Below, piece after piece: positions 1 to 12,988 of a stretch of 64,000 nucleotides of DNA (position 1 is the first letter of the stretch; each line of letters begins with the position of its first letter). The translations under genes and the position numbers were made by a program. Under the pieces are notes generated by a model. It was not told the origin of the DNA. It did not search any database and worked only from the letters and a program-made list of their open reading frames with translations. The stretch is from Octopus sinensis (lineage: Eukaryota): NCBI RefSeq assembly GCF_006345805.1, contig NC_043000.1, forward strand, positions 56,668,001 to 56,732,000, given 5' to 3'.

Positions 1-65
1 GGAATTTTATTTACTGTTTATCTTAAAAGTAATTTCAAAATATTTTTTGAAATCATTATTATATC

Positions 66-105
<40 letters not shown>

Positions 106-131
106 TTTGTATATTTCTGTGCATGTGTAAT

Positions 132-175
<44 letters not shown>

Positions 176-329
176 TATGTACCTCTGTGTGTATGTACAC
201 ATATACATACATAAATACATCATATATACATAGATCTATATGTGTGTATGTATGTATGCATGTATGTATGTTCTTTTTTTGTAATCTTTCACTTTTTATC
301 ACTTTGCAATGATCAAGCCCATGGTTAAT

Positions 330-960
330 TGGAAAATGATTATTGGAATCTTTTCTGTATTATACACACAAAATTTTTTGGCAGATTTACAAGACTTCCA
401 TAACATGTTCATTTGACAGAAGTCATGAAATATAACACAAAATATGAACAAGAAATGTTGCAAGGTATGAAGCCTTTAAAAACTCATTATAATTTGGACC
501 AAATCATCTCTTGGCTATGAAACAGCAGACATAAAGTTTATTTATCTATTTATTTTCCACAAAATTATCTAAGCATATGCAACAAAATTTAAATCATTTT
601 GATAGACTTCCTCATTGTTAGTTTCCTTTGTAGAGAAAGAAAGATAATATTTCTTAGATAGGATGATATTTGTGCTGAATTTCCCAGAAGGAATCTATGA
701 TAAACATAGCTGACATATGTTCCTTTGCCAAGAAAATCAATTTTCAGAGAACATAAAACAAATGCATAACTGCAGAGAAGCAGATGTGCATACAAAATAA
801 GCATACAGTTGATCGTAAATACAAATGTACACACGAATGGCTTCACTAAACAGTACAACATGAAGTGGTTTACAGAAAAATGATTGCCAAATGATTATGA
901 CCCTAAGGGAGAAAAAGCAAACTTCCAAAGCCTGGCAAAATAGCAAGTATAATGCCACCA
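330..960 (+). pseudogene. Possible highly decayed reverse-transcriptase remnant
   Basis: Manual translation with many stops gives SITCSFDRSHEI*HKI (AFDxVxH-like) near 400-440 and FLR*DDIC (YxDD-like) near 650-675. Weak. Confidence 0.25.
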
Positions 961-1866
961 AATAGACAAATACAGACAATGTTCATGGCTGATGTCAAGC
1001 CTGTTCGAGTACATTTACATAGTTGTTTGACCTTCTGTGTTACAATTAAATTTCCACAACAAATTCTCTACTATTGCTACTATTACAACTACTACTATAT
1101 TTAAGATGGAGTGACAACAAAGATTTTAAGTCTTCAATCACAGATATAACATATTCTGTAAGCAAAATGACATTCCTTCCTTTTTTTACAATGTCAGGTC
1201 AATGAATGACTCCTAGTAACGTCTTTGAAAATTACATATAGTACTTGCTATGGAATTTTCAAGGAAAATATGCAGATGGTTCTCCATAACCTTCTCGTGA
1301 GTGCTTTTTGTTTGTTCTAATTTTTTTGTTTGTCTTTTAATTTTTGTCCTACAAGGCACCACTTCAGAAAGAATGATAAAGAATGAACGAAGAACAACAA
1401 ACCCCCAGTACTTCATTTATTGTTCCCAAAAAGATGAAAGGCAAAGTTGACATTTGTAAATCAATGTATCTATAAAGTTTTAAGACAGTAGGTCAGTGTC
1501 CTAACAAACCAAGTTTTTGCAGCATTGATAAGCTTTGCACTTGTTTATTGATGTTCCAGGTCGTACAACTATATCTAAAAATATGTTCTATATATGCTTC
1601 CAGAACTCCTTTACTCACCCTCAACATTCAGTCTCTAACATCCTATATCACTTATAATAAGTAATATGAAGTGTTACAGATATATAATATTGATTTCAAA
1701 GTTTTGCACAAGGCCAACAATTTTAGAGGTGTGGGTAAATGGATTACGTCTCAACAGGAACTTATCTTATCATCACGAAAAGGATGAAAGGTAAAGTTGA
1801 CCACAGCAGAATTTGATCTCAAAGGATATATAATATTGAAGTGACAACATTGTACTCCAACAGATA

Positions 1867-3119
1867 CAGGGGTTGGACAAAATAATGGAAACACCTTAAA
1901 ATTTCAAACAAATTTATTTTACTATGGGATAGGATCACCTTTGGCATTAATTACAGCTTGAATTCTATGATGTTTGGACTCATACAAAGTTTGAATTGTT
2001 TCCAGAGGAATTTTTGTTCATTTTTCAGCTAAAACAGTCACCAGTTCTTGTAGTGATGATGGTGGAGGATATTGACTCCTTACATGTTTTTCTAAAATGC
2101 ACTATAAATGTTCAATAATATTGAGATCTGGGGGCAGTGGTGGCCAGATAAGATGTTCAACTTCACTAGAATGTTCCTTGTGCCATTCAGTAACAACTTT
2201 AGCTGTGTGGATTGGTGCATTATTATCCTGAAAGACTGTATTACCCTCCAGAAACAGTTCCGCAATCATAGGATGAATTTGATCAGATAAAATGCTTAAA
2301 TAGTCTTGACTATTAATTCGGCCATGAAGGGAAAACTTTGGACCAGTGGATTTCAACGATATAGCTCCCCAGAACATCACAGATCCTCCTCCATGTATAA
2401 CAGTTGGGAGAAGGCAATATGGGTCAAATGCTTCTTTTGGCTGTCTCCACACGTATACTCGGCTGGTGGTTGGAAATAAGGTAAAGGATGACTTGTCCGA
2501 GAGAATAACATTCTTCCACTGCTTTAAGGACCAATTCTGTAGGTTTTTACTCCACTCTAAATGCTTTGCAACATTTGGTTTTGAAAGTAGTCGTTTTCTG
2601 ATTGCAGCCCTTCTGTGAAATCCAGCTTTATGCAGCCCCCAGCGAACAGTTTTTGTGAAAACTGGATTCTCGAGGTGTTCATCAGGCTCTGCAGTAATTT
2701 TGGAAGCTGTACCTTTGTGATCCTTTCTAATAATTCATGTAAGAGTCTGACAGACCCTATCTGAAAGTTTTGGTTTACTTCCAGAGTTTTGTTTCGACGC
2801 GGAGGTTTTTCCCTCTTTTTCAAAGGCTGTCATTACTTTCAAGACAGTACTTCTTGATACACCAAACATTACAGTTGTTTTCATTATACTAGCACCTGCC
2901 ATACGAGCACCAACAATTTGACCTCTTTGAAAGTCCAATAGATCTGTCATTTTAATGAATTTTAATTATATTTTTCTGATGATATTTGAAAAGAAACAGC
3001 AATTTTAGCAAAACATATTAAGCAACACTAATAATAGTCAAAAAACATAAAAATAAACAAGCTTTTGTTGGTTTTATAGATATTTCAAAATGATGTTCCA
3101 TTATTTTGTCCAACCCCTG
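1867..3119 (-). mobile_element. Tc1-family DNA transposon, full length, decayed
   Basis: TIRs CAGGGGTTGGACAAAATAATGGAA at both ends (24 bp perfect), TA on both sides (1865-66, 3120-21), 1253 bp, transposase remnants inside. Confidence 0.95.
2102..2950 (-). pseudogene. Tc1 transposase, frameshifted (HTH plus DDE domain)
   Basis: ORF 2735-2950 is the HTH region (RGQIVGARMAG..GVSRSTV). ORF 2102-2452 has HGGGSVMFWG, FQDNNAPIH and WPPLPPDLNIIEHL, the DD34E-type motifs. Confidence 0.9.
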
Positions 3120-3129
3120 TATGTCACCC

Positions 3130-3400
3130 CAGCTGCTGTCAGAGCCCTACTATACCTAGGCAGGGATTTGGGCTTTACTGTGTATCATGCTAATTCATTA
3201 CATGCTAACAGATCAACAAGTGATTTAATCAACCAAAATACTTAACTGGTACTTTATTTCAACAACCTCCCCACTCAACACTCAGATAAACAGCGAAATT
3301 TACCTAGACAGGAATTGAACACTGAATGTAAAATATAAAAGAGCTGGAACAAATAATGAAAAAGAATTTTGTCTGATGCTCTAACAATTCTGCCAGCTCA
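3130..3400 (-). mobile_element. tRNA-headed SINE, decayed
   Basis: Minus strand begins GGTGAGCTGGCAGAATTGTTAG like the family-A head; shares the CATGCTAATTCATTACATGCTAA block with the copy at 4524-4730. Confidence 0.6.
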
Positions 3401-4523
3401 CCATTTAGAAAAATGGAAAACTTAAATACATAAAGAAGAGAAACAGAAATCAACAAAAGGAGAAATTCCTGAAAAATTACATAAATTCATAACAATTTTA
3501 AGAAGGGAATAAAAGGGTTACACCACTTATGGAAGAATTTCTTATTCCAAGAATTCAAATCTATTTTAAAAAGCATTTTTAACACAAATAAGATGGAAGA
3601 GAGCAAGTTGTAAAAACGAAGTTGTAAAAACAAGACAGTTTTACGTTTGATATTTAATGCAATTATTGTAGATACATTTTTAACAACAGTCATCACACAA
3701 CAAGATAATCAAGTAACCTTGATATCCTCAAAGGAAGTAATTAACAAGAAATGCTTAATAATTAGATAAACAAATTTTGCTAAACTGAATTCCTTCAAAG
3801 CAAAAGAAAAAAAAACTAATTAGAAACTTTTCTGAAGAAATCCCTTGTCACATGTAAAAGATTTCATGGTAAACAAAATATCAACATTAAAAATATTCCA
3901 GAGTTTTCTCAAAATATTACAACCATTTTTTTCATGTAATAACAAAAATTTTCCTTTTTATTTTCATTACTGCTGTTGTTTTTAATTACTTTTTAACATT
4001 CTTAATTATTCAACAAAAACTGAGATATTACTTTTATTATACTATGTCTATTACATTTGTTTTTTGTTTATTTGCTTTTGTTATTGCTCTCCCTCTCCAC
4101 TCTCCTGCCCTCACTAATAATCTTGTAATCCTGAATTAAGCAATTTAGAACTATGACATCATGAATATTCTTTAGAGACTAAAAGAAGATGAATATTTTT
4201 CAGTATTATTATTATTATTATTATTACCATCACCTCTACTGCCACCATCACCATTTTATGAACATTACCATCAATAACAGCACCACTATTGCTATGATCC
4301 TTTTCACCAATACTTTTGTTACAAAGATATTGGTATTTATATTGTTAGAAAGATGATGATGATGATGAGGAGGAGGAGGAGGAGGAGGCCAACCATGACA
4401 AAAGTGATGACAATGATAAAAGAAATGATAATGAGAATGTTAAATATAACATTCAGAATGAATATTGATATGCAAATAGATAATTAGCATGATGAGGAGG
4501 AGGAGAAAGAGGAGGTGTAGTAG

Positions 4524-4730
4524 GTGGGCTTTACTGTGCATCGGTCACGGCTACGTCCACGTGGACGTGGGTGAGACTGCGAGCTTTCGTTCGTTGACGA
4601 CGATTGCAGGCACGGTAGCACCATGCTAATTCATTACATGCTAATAGATCAGCAGATGATTAAATCAACCCAAATAATTAACTGGTTCTTTATTTCATCA
4701 CCCTCCCTGCTCAACCACTCAGACAAGCAG
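4524..4730 (-). mobile_element. SINE fragment related to 3130-3400, with an extra CpG-rich segment
   Basis: Shared GGGCTTTACTGTG and CATGCTAATTCATTACATGCTAA blocks; about 80-90 extra bp lie between them. Confidence 0.55.
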
Positions 4731-5215
4731 CAATAACATCAGCAGCAGCAACAGCCATCCAAGAATTTGAACCTGGAGATCTCCATTTCCAGCGACTTCA
4801 AGGGCCACCTCCCAGTGGTGCCGGGTGTCAATGACGAGCTCTCAACTACAACAAGATGACCAAAGTTTTTTTTTTTCCAAAGTCTGGGGTCTCCCGCCCC
4901 TAAGCCCTAGACCATCACCTAACCACCCTTACTCGTCTTGTTGCTTAACAACAACAACAGCAGCAGCAACAACAACAAACAAACAAACGAAAGAGCCTCT
5001 ATATGTTTGCTTGGCTTGCTAGAAATTATCACCAAAACTTCCTCAAATTATACCCTGCCAATATTAGAAAAAGATATATCAGATAATGTGGTCCTGGGGT
5101 CTTTCCGCAAAGGAAAAAGTCAAGTAATACATGAGCCACATCAGCTAGCAGTACCATCTGGGGTGAACACACTAAGTGATATCAAAATGTTTATAGGGTC
5201 CCTATATGCGTAAAA

Positions 5216-5447
5216 GGCGGCAAGCTGGCAGAAACGTTAGCACGCTGGGCGAAATGCGTAGCCGTATTTCGTCTGGCATTACGTTCTGAGTTCAAATTCC
5301 GTCGAGGTCGACTTTACCTTTCATCCTTTTGGGGTCGATAAATTAAGTACCAGTTACGCACTGGGGTCGATATAACCGACTTAATCTGTTTGTCTGTCCT
5401 TGTTTGTCCCCTCTATGTTTAGTCCCTTGTGGGTAGTAAACAAATAA
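5216..5447 (+). mobile_element. tRNA-derived SINE family A, nested in the Academ-like 5' region
   Basis: GGCGGCAAGCTGGCAGAAACGTTAGC head, GAGTTCAAATTCC B-box-like motif, AAATAA tail; high similarity to five other copies. Confidence 0.9.
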
Positions 5448-5711
5448 CTATGAGTGTAAAAATTTTAAAACTCTTTCGGCTCAGTAGCTTTGTTCTTTTT
5501 TTGTAGATTTATGAAATTTCACCAATATTCATACTGAAGTACTTCTGCATGTGATGACTACAACACATATGACATCGTTCACACATCTAGCAGAAATTAG
5601 AATATGTTTGATACATTTTGATTAATGTATTTAATATCCCAATGCTTGCAATTACTTTTCTCTATTTTGCAGGTGAAAACATTATTGCAGTGATATTTTG
5701 AAGTAGGCACA

Positions 5712-8700
5712 ATGGTTTCAATAAGCAGAGATGCCAGTGAAACACTTCCAAGGAAGCAAGCATGCTCAAACTGTATCATCCATTGTTCCAACGATACCTC
5801 TGACAACCTTGTGTCACCACAAGATCTGAACTCATGGACAGTATTGCTCAGGGCTGCAAAGATATGGCAACATGTTCCAGTTCTTGAATTCACTAAAAGT
5901 TTAGAAGGTAACATACCACAAGTATACTATCATCGAAAATGTTGCAGCGCCTTCACCATGAAGAAAAGTTTTGGCACCAAAGAGCAACAGTGTCAAAGCT
6001 GTGGAAGTGGGTGCCAAATGAAAAATCATCCCGTGATTCTCCAAGTACTTCAAGAGTGTATGACACATTATGCATTTTCTGCAACAAGTCCAGCAAATAC
6101 CTGAAAGGTCAAAAAACAAGAGAACCCCTTACACAATGTGTGGAGTTATGTGCTGGTGATACTGTCCATAGAGCAGCAACAAGGTGATATGATCAAAGAA
6201 TTCTTGCCTTGCTAAGCAGAGAACTTATTGCTGCAGAGGGGCATTACCAAACATCATGCTACAAATTGTACACAAAAGAAACTTCAAATTTCTTTCTATC
6301 ATCAGCAAGCAGTTTCAAGATGCAGAGCTCAGGGATATGTGTGTTGAATCAGGTGTCACAGCAGATAGATCAATGACTGGGATCATGGAAGGTCACAAGT
6401 ACAACCATGTAGTCAGGGTACACAAACTTTGTATGAAGCATTAATGAGGCTTGCCTGAAAAGGGTTTCTCCCATGGATAGGGGACAATCATGCAGATGTG
6501 CCTCACCTAGCAGAAACATTGAAGGTCATAGGCAACTTTCAAAGCAGTATCAGCCAGATGTCCCTCCAAGAGGTTCTTGGAAATGAGTCCTGCACAATGA
6601 TCTTGGAGCTGTTTCAAACCAGCCTTTGAATCCCTTAGATGTGTGTACAGTCTGTTGGCTTTCCTGATGTCATATATAGACATGATGGAGATCATGCTTG
6701 GCCTAATATGAGCTTCCAGAGGAGGTGACTGGATCCTCCACCTTGCATCCATCTGAAAGATGACCTCACAGTGTTTTGCCTATGACAAGGTGAACTATGC
6801 TCAATTCCTGACCTACTACTGACCTACCTGACATACTACTGACCTCAACACCACATTAAACATTCTGAAGTCCATGCACACTTCATAAATGGTGGTTTCG
6901 CAGTACAAATTGGAGAACAAAATCCATTCGGATATATACCAGTGGACTAAACAATCAAAGAGACAGTTAACAAAGACACCCAAACTCCAGGCAGCACAAA
7001 AGGATTCAGTCTGAAAGCTGGAGCAGTGATGGCTGGGTTCTATTTAAACTCAGAGCATTGCAGCTCATACTTGCAGCAACTGAGAGATATGACAAATGGA
7101 GGAAAACACAAGTCTTTGAACCACCATGACCTCAATCAGTCAAGGATCAAAAAAAAAAATAGATATCCAATCCCTTGTCCAGCTCATGGAGGCAAGTTGG
7201 CTAAACCTATTCAAACCTGAAAATGAGGATTTTGCGAGTTTGTCCAGTGCCACTGCAGCACCGCTAGACATAGAAAAAGATCTCCTAGAAGCTAACAAGC
7301 ATAGAGAAGAGTCATACCAGGTCTTCAGACAAGAACATGTCGACGTTGATGTGCCATCTAAAAAATTCCATGACAAGATGACTAAAATGAGACTGAAAAC
7401 TTTCTTGGACATCAGAGAGAAACCCCGCACTCAAGGGCATGCCAAGGATGTGGTTTTGAAAGCTGACTGAGACTTGTTTGGTCACATGATCCTTGCAGTA
7501 GAAAGCAGAAAATTACATATGGCTGATGTACTGGCTCACCCTTTGGGCCCTCTACCATTTGCACTTTCCAATGATGGGAATCTTCATAAGACCAACAAAG
7601 CATCTCTAGCTAGAAAGTTGGAGAAGGATGTTGCTCCAGCAGAAATTCTTCCAAGTCCGTCAGCAACAGTTACTGATGGGATGAACTTGGCCTAGAAACT
7701 GAAAGGAAGGGACACGACCTTCTCACAAATCTCAGAGTTATTGATGACACACGGTCTCCACAAAGCAGCCCAGAGTCATCATATTGATGTCATCTTTGAT
7801 GTTTACAAGGAAACATCCATAAAATATGCAGGAAGGATTAACAGGGGATCAAAAACAGGAATCCAGTTCAGAAGCATAGCACCTGAGCACACTATCTAGC
7901 AGTGGCATAAGTTGCTCAGTAACCCTCCAAACAAAGTAAGTCTGACAAAGTTCCTGGTGGATGAATGAAAGGGACCAACATACAGAGCAAAACTAGGTGG
8001 GGACAAAGATCTTTTTGTAATACATGACGACCTCTGCTTCAAGAACACAACAAAAAGGTGGGAAGAGGTCACTGAGTTGAAGTCATTACAAGAAGAAGCT
8101 GACAAGTGACTCCTGCTCCACGCACTTCATGCAGCCGAGTCAGTCAGTTCAGCTGTTGTCACCAGTGCTGAGGATACTGATGTTCTGATTTTGTGCCTGG
8201 GGTTTTGTAGCAAAATCTCAGGCTCCTTGTACCAGGAGTGTGGTACAAAGAACAGAACATGCTTCTTTGACATTACAAAAATGAGTCATGCATTGGAAGG
8301 TGGCATCTCTGATTGGCATGCATGCCTTCACAGGCTGTAATACAGTCAGTGCCTTTGCTGGCCATGGAAAGCTAACAACATTCAAACAGATGAAATCCAA
8401 CAAGACCATCTAAGAAACCTTCAGTAAACTGGGGCAGTCTTGGGATGTATCTCCTGAACTGTTTCTAAAGCTGCAGATGATAACCTGCCAAATGTACAAG
8501 CCTTCTGCTTGAACAACTGAAGTAAATAAACTTCGATACCAGCTCTTTTGTACTAGATGTGGAAAAACCTGATTTAAGTCAACCACCTCCATATGAGGAC
8601 TGCTTGTTCATGCATGCTCTTCATGCAAACTACTAAGCAGCCATCTGGAGAAGATGTCTACAGGCCCAACCCTTTGTTCCAAGCCCCATCAACTGCGGTT

Positions 8701-8930
8701 GGACATTAGATGAGGAGAGTAATCTTGCCAGTGCGTGGATGCACAGCTCACCTGCACTGGATGCTGTTCTTCAGCTTTTATCGTGCAAATGTGTGCATTC
8801 CTGTAAACTACCAGCATGCAACTGCCTCAGCAATGGCTTGAAGTGCACAAACATGTGCAAGCTACGAACATGTGACAACCAAGATCCAGAATTAGAAGGG
8901 ACGGATTCTGAGGATGACCATGATGATTAG
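5712..8930 (+). pseudogene. Academ-like transposase with XPG/FEN-like nuclease and C-terminal Cys8 finger
   Basis: Fragments across frames: CIIHC, YHRKC, ELIAAEGHY, FQDAELRDMCVESG, HPLGPLPFALS, EEADK*LLLHALHA, EDTDVLIL, HAFTGCNTVSAFAGHGK, and C-terminal CKC..C..C.C..C..C..C (8 Cys, ORF 8739-8930). Many stops and frameshifts. Confidence 0.85.
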
Positions 8931-9571
8931 CTTCACGGTATGCTGGATACCCATAGCAGATCCAGAACCTAGCTGACCTGCAGCTGCTATATTACCAGAA
9001 AATCTTTGTTGACTTGAAAACAATTGATACAATCTTTCCCAGTGGCATGACTTGTTGTGTGCACATGAGAAAACTGAACAGTCTTGATGCATCATGTTTG
9101 GTTTTATGTTCAAGACATATCATGCATATGAAATTCAATTCAATTCTATATTAAGTATAAACACATATTGATTAAATTCTGATCTGTGAGTCATTTCTTT
9201 GCCCTTGCAATAGTCAAAACAAAAGATGTTTGAGAAATTTTTTTTGCAGTTTCTTATGTCTATTTATGAAGTGATAACTATTATTAAGCTACCATTCTGA
9301 CAATGCTATCATATATAAACAGAAACTAGAGACATATAGCCAGTCAAAAATTACCATAAGAATTATTCACCCCATGTGGTACCGATACAGAAATATTTTG
9401 GGGTCTGGGCTCAAGGACTGAAGATAGTTACAGCTGGAATACTTTTGATTATAGATTTACTCAAAGGCTGGTCTGGGGTTAAACAACATTTCATGTTGAA
9501 TAACTCTTGTCTCTTCACAACTGGTCTTTCATTGTTTTTTCATCTGTGGTCCTTTGCTCACATAGAGTATA

Positions 9572-10461
9572 TGAGGCATGTTCAAATAGTAAGCAACTTT
9601 ATTTTTCCCCACCAAAACTAATGTCGTGCGGGCAAAATTCTTTGGGTGTAAGGTGCACATGTATGAAAATGTTTGCAGCAGTTGGCTGAGTCAGTTCTCA
9701 ACTGTTATGCTGAGAGTACAGACATGTAGTATGCACCAATCAGATTTTCGTTTCTACCAAACACATTGAGCAGAGATATTGCAAAAAGTTTTACCAAAAG
9801 CTTCATGATATTCAAGCTCAAACCATTCGGGAGATTCAGCAGGCCTTTGGTGTTGATACCATGGGGGAAACTCAGGTCAAGAAGGGGTACAGCTGCTTCA
9901 AACATGATCACACATCAATGGAGAGTGAGGCATACTCAGGCAGCTCATCCACAAGCCAAAATGAAGAGCCAAATGAGAAGGTTCAGCAAACAGTGATGGC
10001 AGACCATCATGTAACAAGCCAGGAAATTGGGAATAAGCACAAGATTAGTACATTCCATTTTAATGGGGAATTTGAGTATGTGGGGTGTCAGTGAAATTCA
10101 CCATCAAGGTGCTGGCAGAGCAGCAGAAGCAACTCTGCATGGAAATCATACAGGACATGCTGGACTGTGCAAACCATGACCCAGACTTCACGAAGACTAT
10201 CATCACTGCTGATGAGGCATGTGTTTATGGTCTTTGCACAATGCATTCAGTCATCTTGCATGAAAACGAAAATCCAACAAGTGCACACTACACATCTGTA
10301 CTTCTCAGCATAACAGCTGAGAACTGATGTGGCCTCCTGGCATGAAAATTTTCACATAAGTGCAGGAAGGGTGGAATCACATCTCACCCAAAGGATTTTG
10401 CCCACATGGCATTAGTTTTGGCAGGAAAAAATAAAGTCAGATACTTTTTGAACACAGCTCA
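9572..10461 (+). mobile_element. mariner element, internally deleted, long (~80 bp) TIRs
   Basis: TA-flanked. TIR TGAGGCATGTTCAAATAGT...CCAAAACTAATG..GGGCAAAAT.CTTTGGGTG is mirrored at about 10383-10461. Remnants EQRYCKKFYQKL..QQAFG..MGETQVKK and DPDFTKTIITADEACVYG; C-terminal catalytic part missing. Confidence 0.88.
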
Positions 10462-10467
10462 TATATG

Positions 10468-10469
<2 letters not shown>

Positions 10470-10498
<29 letters not shown>

Positions 10499-10745
10499 GT
10501 TTAACATCTGCTTTCCATGTTAGCATAGGTTGGACGATTTGACTGAGGGCTGGCAAACCAGATGGCTGCACCAGGCTTCAATCTTGATCTGGCAGAGTTT
10601 CTACAGCTGGATGCCCTTTCTAACACCAACCACTCCGAGAGTGTAGTGGGTGCTTTTATGTGCCACCAGCATAGGGGCCGGTCAAGAAGTACTGGCAACG
10701 ACCTCACTCAAATCTTTTTACACATGCCACTGGCACAGGTGCCAA
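10470..10745 (-). mobile_element. Family B interspersed retroposon with (ATG)n tail
   Basis: (CAT)n followed by TTTAACATCTGCTTTCCATG..CAGCTGGATGCCCT..CCACTCCGAGAGTGTAGTGGG; the same block recurs at least 8 times in the window. Confidence 0.8.
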
Positions 10746-10849
10746 AAACGTTATCTAGAATGTACATTTCTATATTTCCATCAACAACGTATTTGGGTAG
10801 TAGTCATTACTTCAGATATCTTTTATCCTTAATCTTTTATTTGTTTCAG

Positions 10850-11230
10850 TCTTTTATTGTGGCCATACTGGTGCACTGCCTTGAAGGGTTTAGTTAAACA
10901 AATTGACTTCAGCACTTATTTTTAAATCTGGTACTTATTCTACCTGTTAAGTTACAGTTTGGTATTTATTCTACCAAACTGTTAAGTTACAGGGACATCA
11001 ACAAAATTACACTGGTTGTCAAGAGTTGGGGAGTGGGGACAGATACAATACAAAGATGCACATACACACACATACAACAGGTTTCCGCATAGTTTCTATT
11101 TACCAAATTCACTCACAAGGCATTAGTCAGAGCAGGGCTATAACAGAAAACACCTACCCAAGTACTGTGTAGTGGAACTGAACCCAAAACCCACAACATT
11201 GCAAAGCAGGCTTTTTAACCACACAGCTAT
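10850..11230 (-). mobile_element. tRNA-derived SINE family C, diverged
   Basis: Reverse-complement similarity to 11282-11700. Confidence 0.65.
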
Positions 11231-11281
11231 TATTTCACATGTAGATTTACTCCATAACTATACACAAGCTGTACACATATA

Positions 11282-11700
11282 GGCATAGGAGTGGCTGTGT
11301 GGTAAGTAGCTTGCTTACAAACCACATGGTTTCGGGTTCAGTCCCATTGTGTGGTACCTTGGGCAAGTGTCTTCTACTATAGTCTCGGGCCGACCAAAGC
11401 CTTGTGAGTGGATTTGGTAGATGGAAACTGAAAGAAGCCAGTCGTATATGTGTATATATATACATATATGTATGTGTGTGTGTATATGTATGTGTGCCTG
11501 TGTTTGTCCCCCCAACATTGCTTGACAAACGATGTTGGTCTGTTTACATCCCCATCACTTAGAAGTTCGGCAAAAGAGACCGATAGAATAAGTACTAGGC
11601 TTACAAAGAATAAGTCCTGGGGTTGATTTGCTCGACTAAAGGCGGTGCTCCAGCATGGCCACAGTCAAATGACTGAAACAAGTAAAAGAGTAAAAAAGAG
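11282..11700 (+). mobile_element. tRNA-derived SINE family C
   Basis: A-box-like TGGCTGTGTGG, B-box-like GGTTCAGTCCC, body GGGCAAGTGTCTTCTACTATAG, tail GACTGAAACAAGTAAAAGAG. Confidence 0.88.
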
Positions 11701-12760
11701 TATATTAATGACTACCATTTACTTGGAAATAACATCCGAAATAATTCACTCACAAATTACAGCCAAAAAGAAAAATAACACATTCAATAATGTGCCTAGG
11801 ATAAAGACAGAGTGTCTAGCTGGAATGCCTTTGATCAAATAGATCTGTTCAAACTATATAATATGGTGTTAAATAACAATAACAACAGACAAGGTGAAGT
11901 CATGCACACAGAACTAAATGCATTTCTCATAGACAAAATGAAATGACTGAAGAAACTTGAACTCATGACTTAGCAACAGCTGGTCGAACTCCTTAAGCTG
12001 CTTCACCATTCTATCTGTCTTTACAACTTTATTGCTGATACACAGGTTAAACAGATTAAATCTGTCTGAAAGGAATGTTCCAGATTAGTTGTCCTGTAAT
12101 GAAAAATGATGTTACAATCACTTCATGAAACTAGTGCGTAGCCCCAGATTTGGTAAAGTCTATCAACAGAATGGGAAAATTTCACCTCAAGACAAAACAC
12201 AGGTTTACTAGAATATATAAATTAAGTAATACATTCTAGTTCTGTGAACTACTGAATTTCTGAATATGGCAACCATGTTCATATAATATAGTGTGCATGT
12301 GAATTTTCATATCATAAAGAGAATTATTCCATAACTCAATCTAATGTAAAGAAAACTTGATGGAAAATAGTACTATGCTTGCAGAAATATATGCTAAAAT
12401 GAAATAGACAAACCAAACTCAAATATCTTATTCTAATTACATATGGCATGCATTATTTGGCTACTAAGATATTAAGACACTAAGCCAGAAAAAAACTGGG
12501 ATACGAATGCACACATGCACACACACACACATACACATAAAGACAAAGAAATTCGCTAATGCTAAAATGAGGAGTTTGCAAATTTTTCCCTGTGATATAA
12601 TGCTGATGTGAGTGTGTGTGTGTGTGTATACACACAAGCATAGACATATATTTGCATGAATGCATGTATGTGTATCCATATATACATCTAGATTTTTATG
12701 TATGAATGTGTGAATGTATGTGTAGACTGATAGACAGACAGAAATACATTTATATTTTAA

Positions 12761-12988
12761 GGCGGCGAGCTGGCAGAAACGTTAGCACGTCAGGCGAAAT
12801 GCTTAGCGGTATTTCGTCTGCCGTTATGAGTTCAAATTCCGCCGAGGTCGACTTTGCCTTTCATCCTTTTGGGGTTGATAAATTAAGTACGAGCTACGCA
12901 CTGGGGGCGATGTAATAAACTTAATCCCTTTGTCTCCCCTTGTTTGTTCCCTCTATGTTTAGCCCCTTTGGGGGTAATAAAGAAATAA
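12761..12988 (+). mobile_element. SINE family A
   Basis: Family-A sequence; direct repeat AGAAATACATTTATA at 12740-12754 and 12988-13002 is TSD-like. Confidence 0.9.

Larger units (their letters stand above)
5146..9387 (+). mobile_element. Academ-like (AcademX-type) DNA transposon, decayed and internally deleted
   Basis: Coding remnants 5712-8930. Candidate imperfect TIR: CAGTACCATCTGGGGTGAA (5149-5167) vs reverse complement of 9366-9384, CGGTACCACATGGGGTGAA (16/19). Flanks CAGC / CAGA. The ends are tentative. Confidence 0.7.

Noticed and set aside
4553-4600. HDV-like ribozyme around TCCACGT
   Set aside because: The flanking bases cannot form P3 (ACG vs GGA) on either strand, and no P1/P2 were found.
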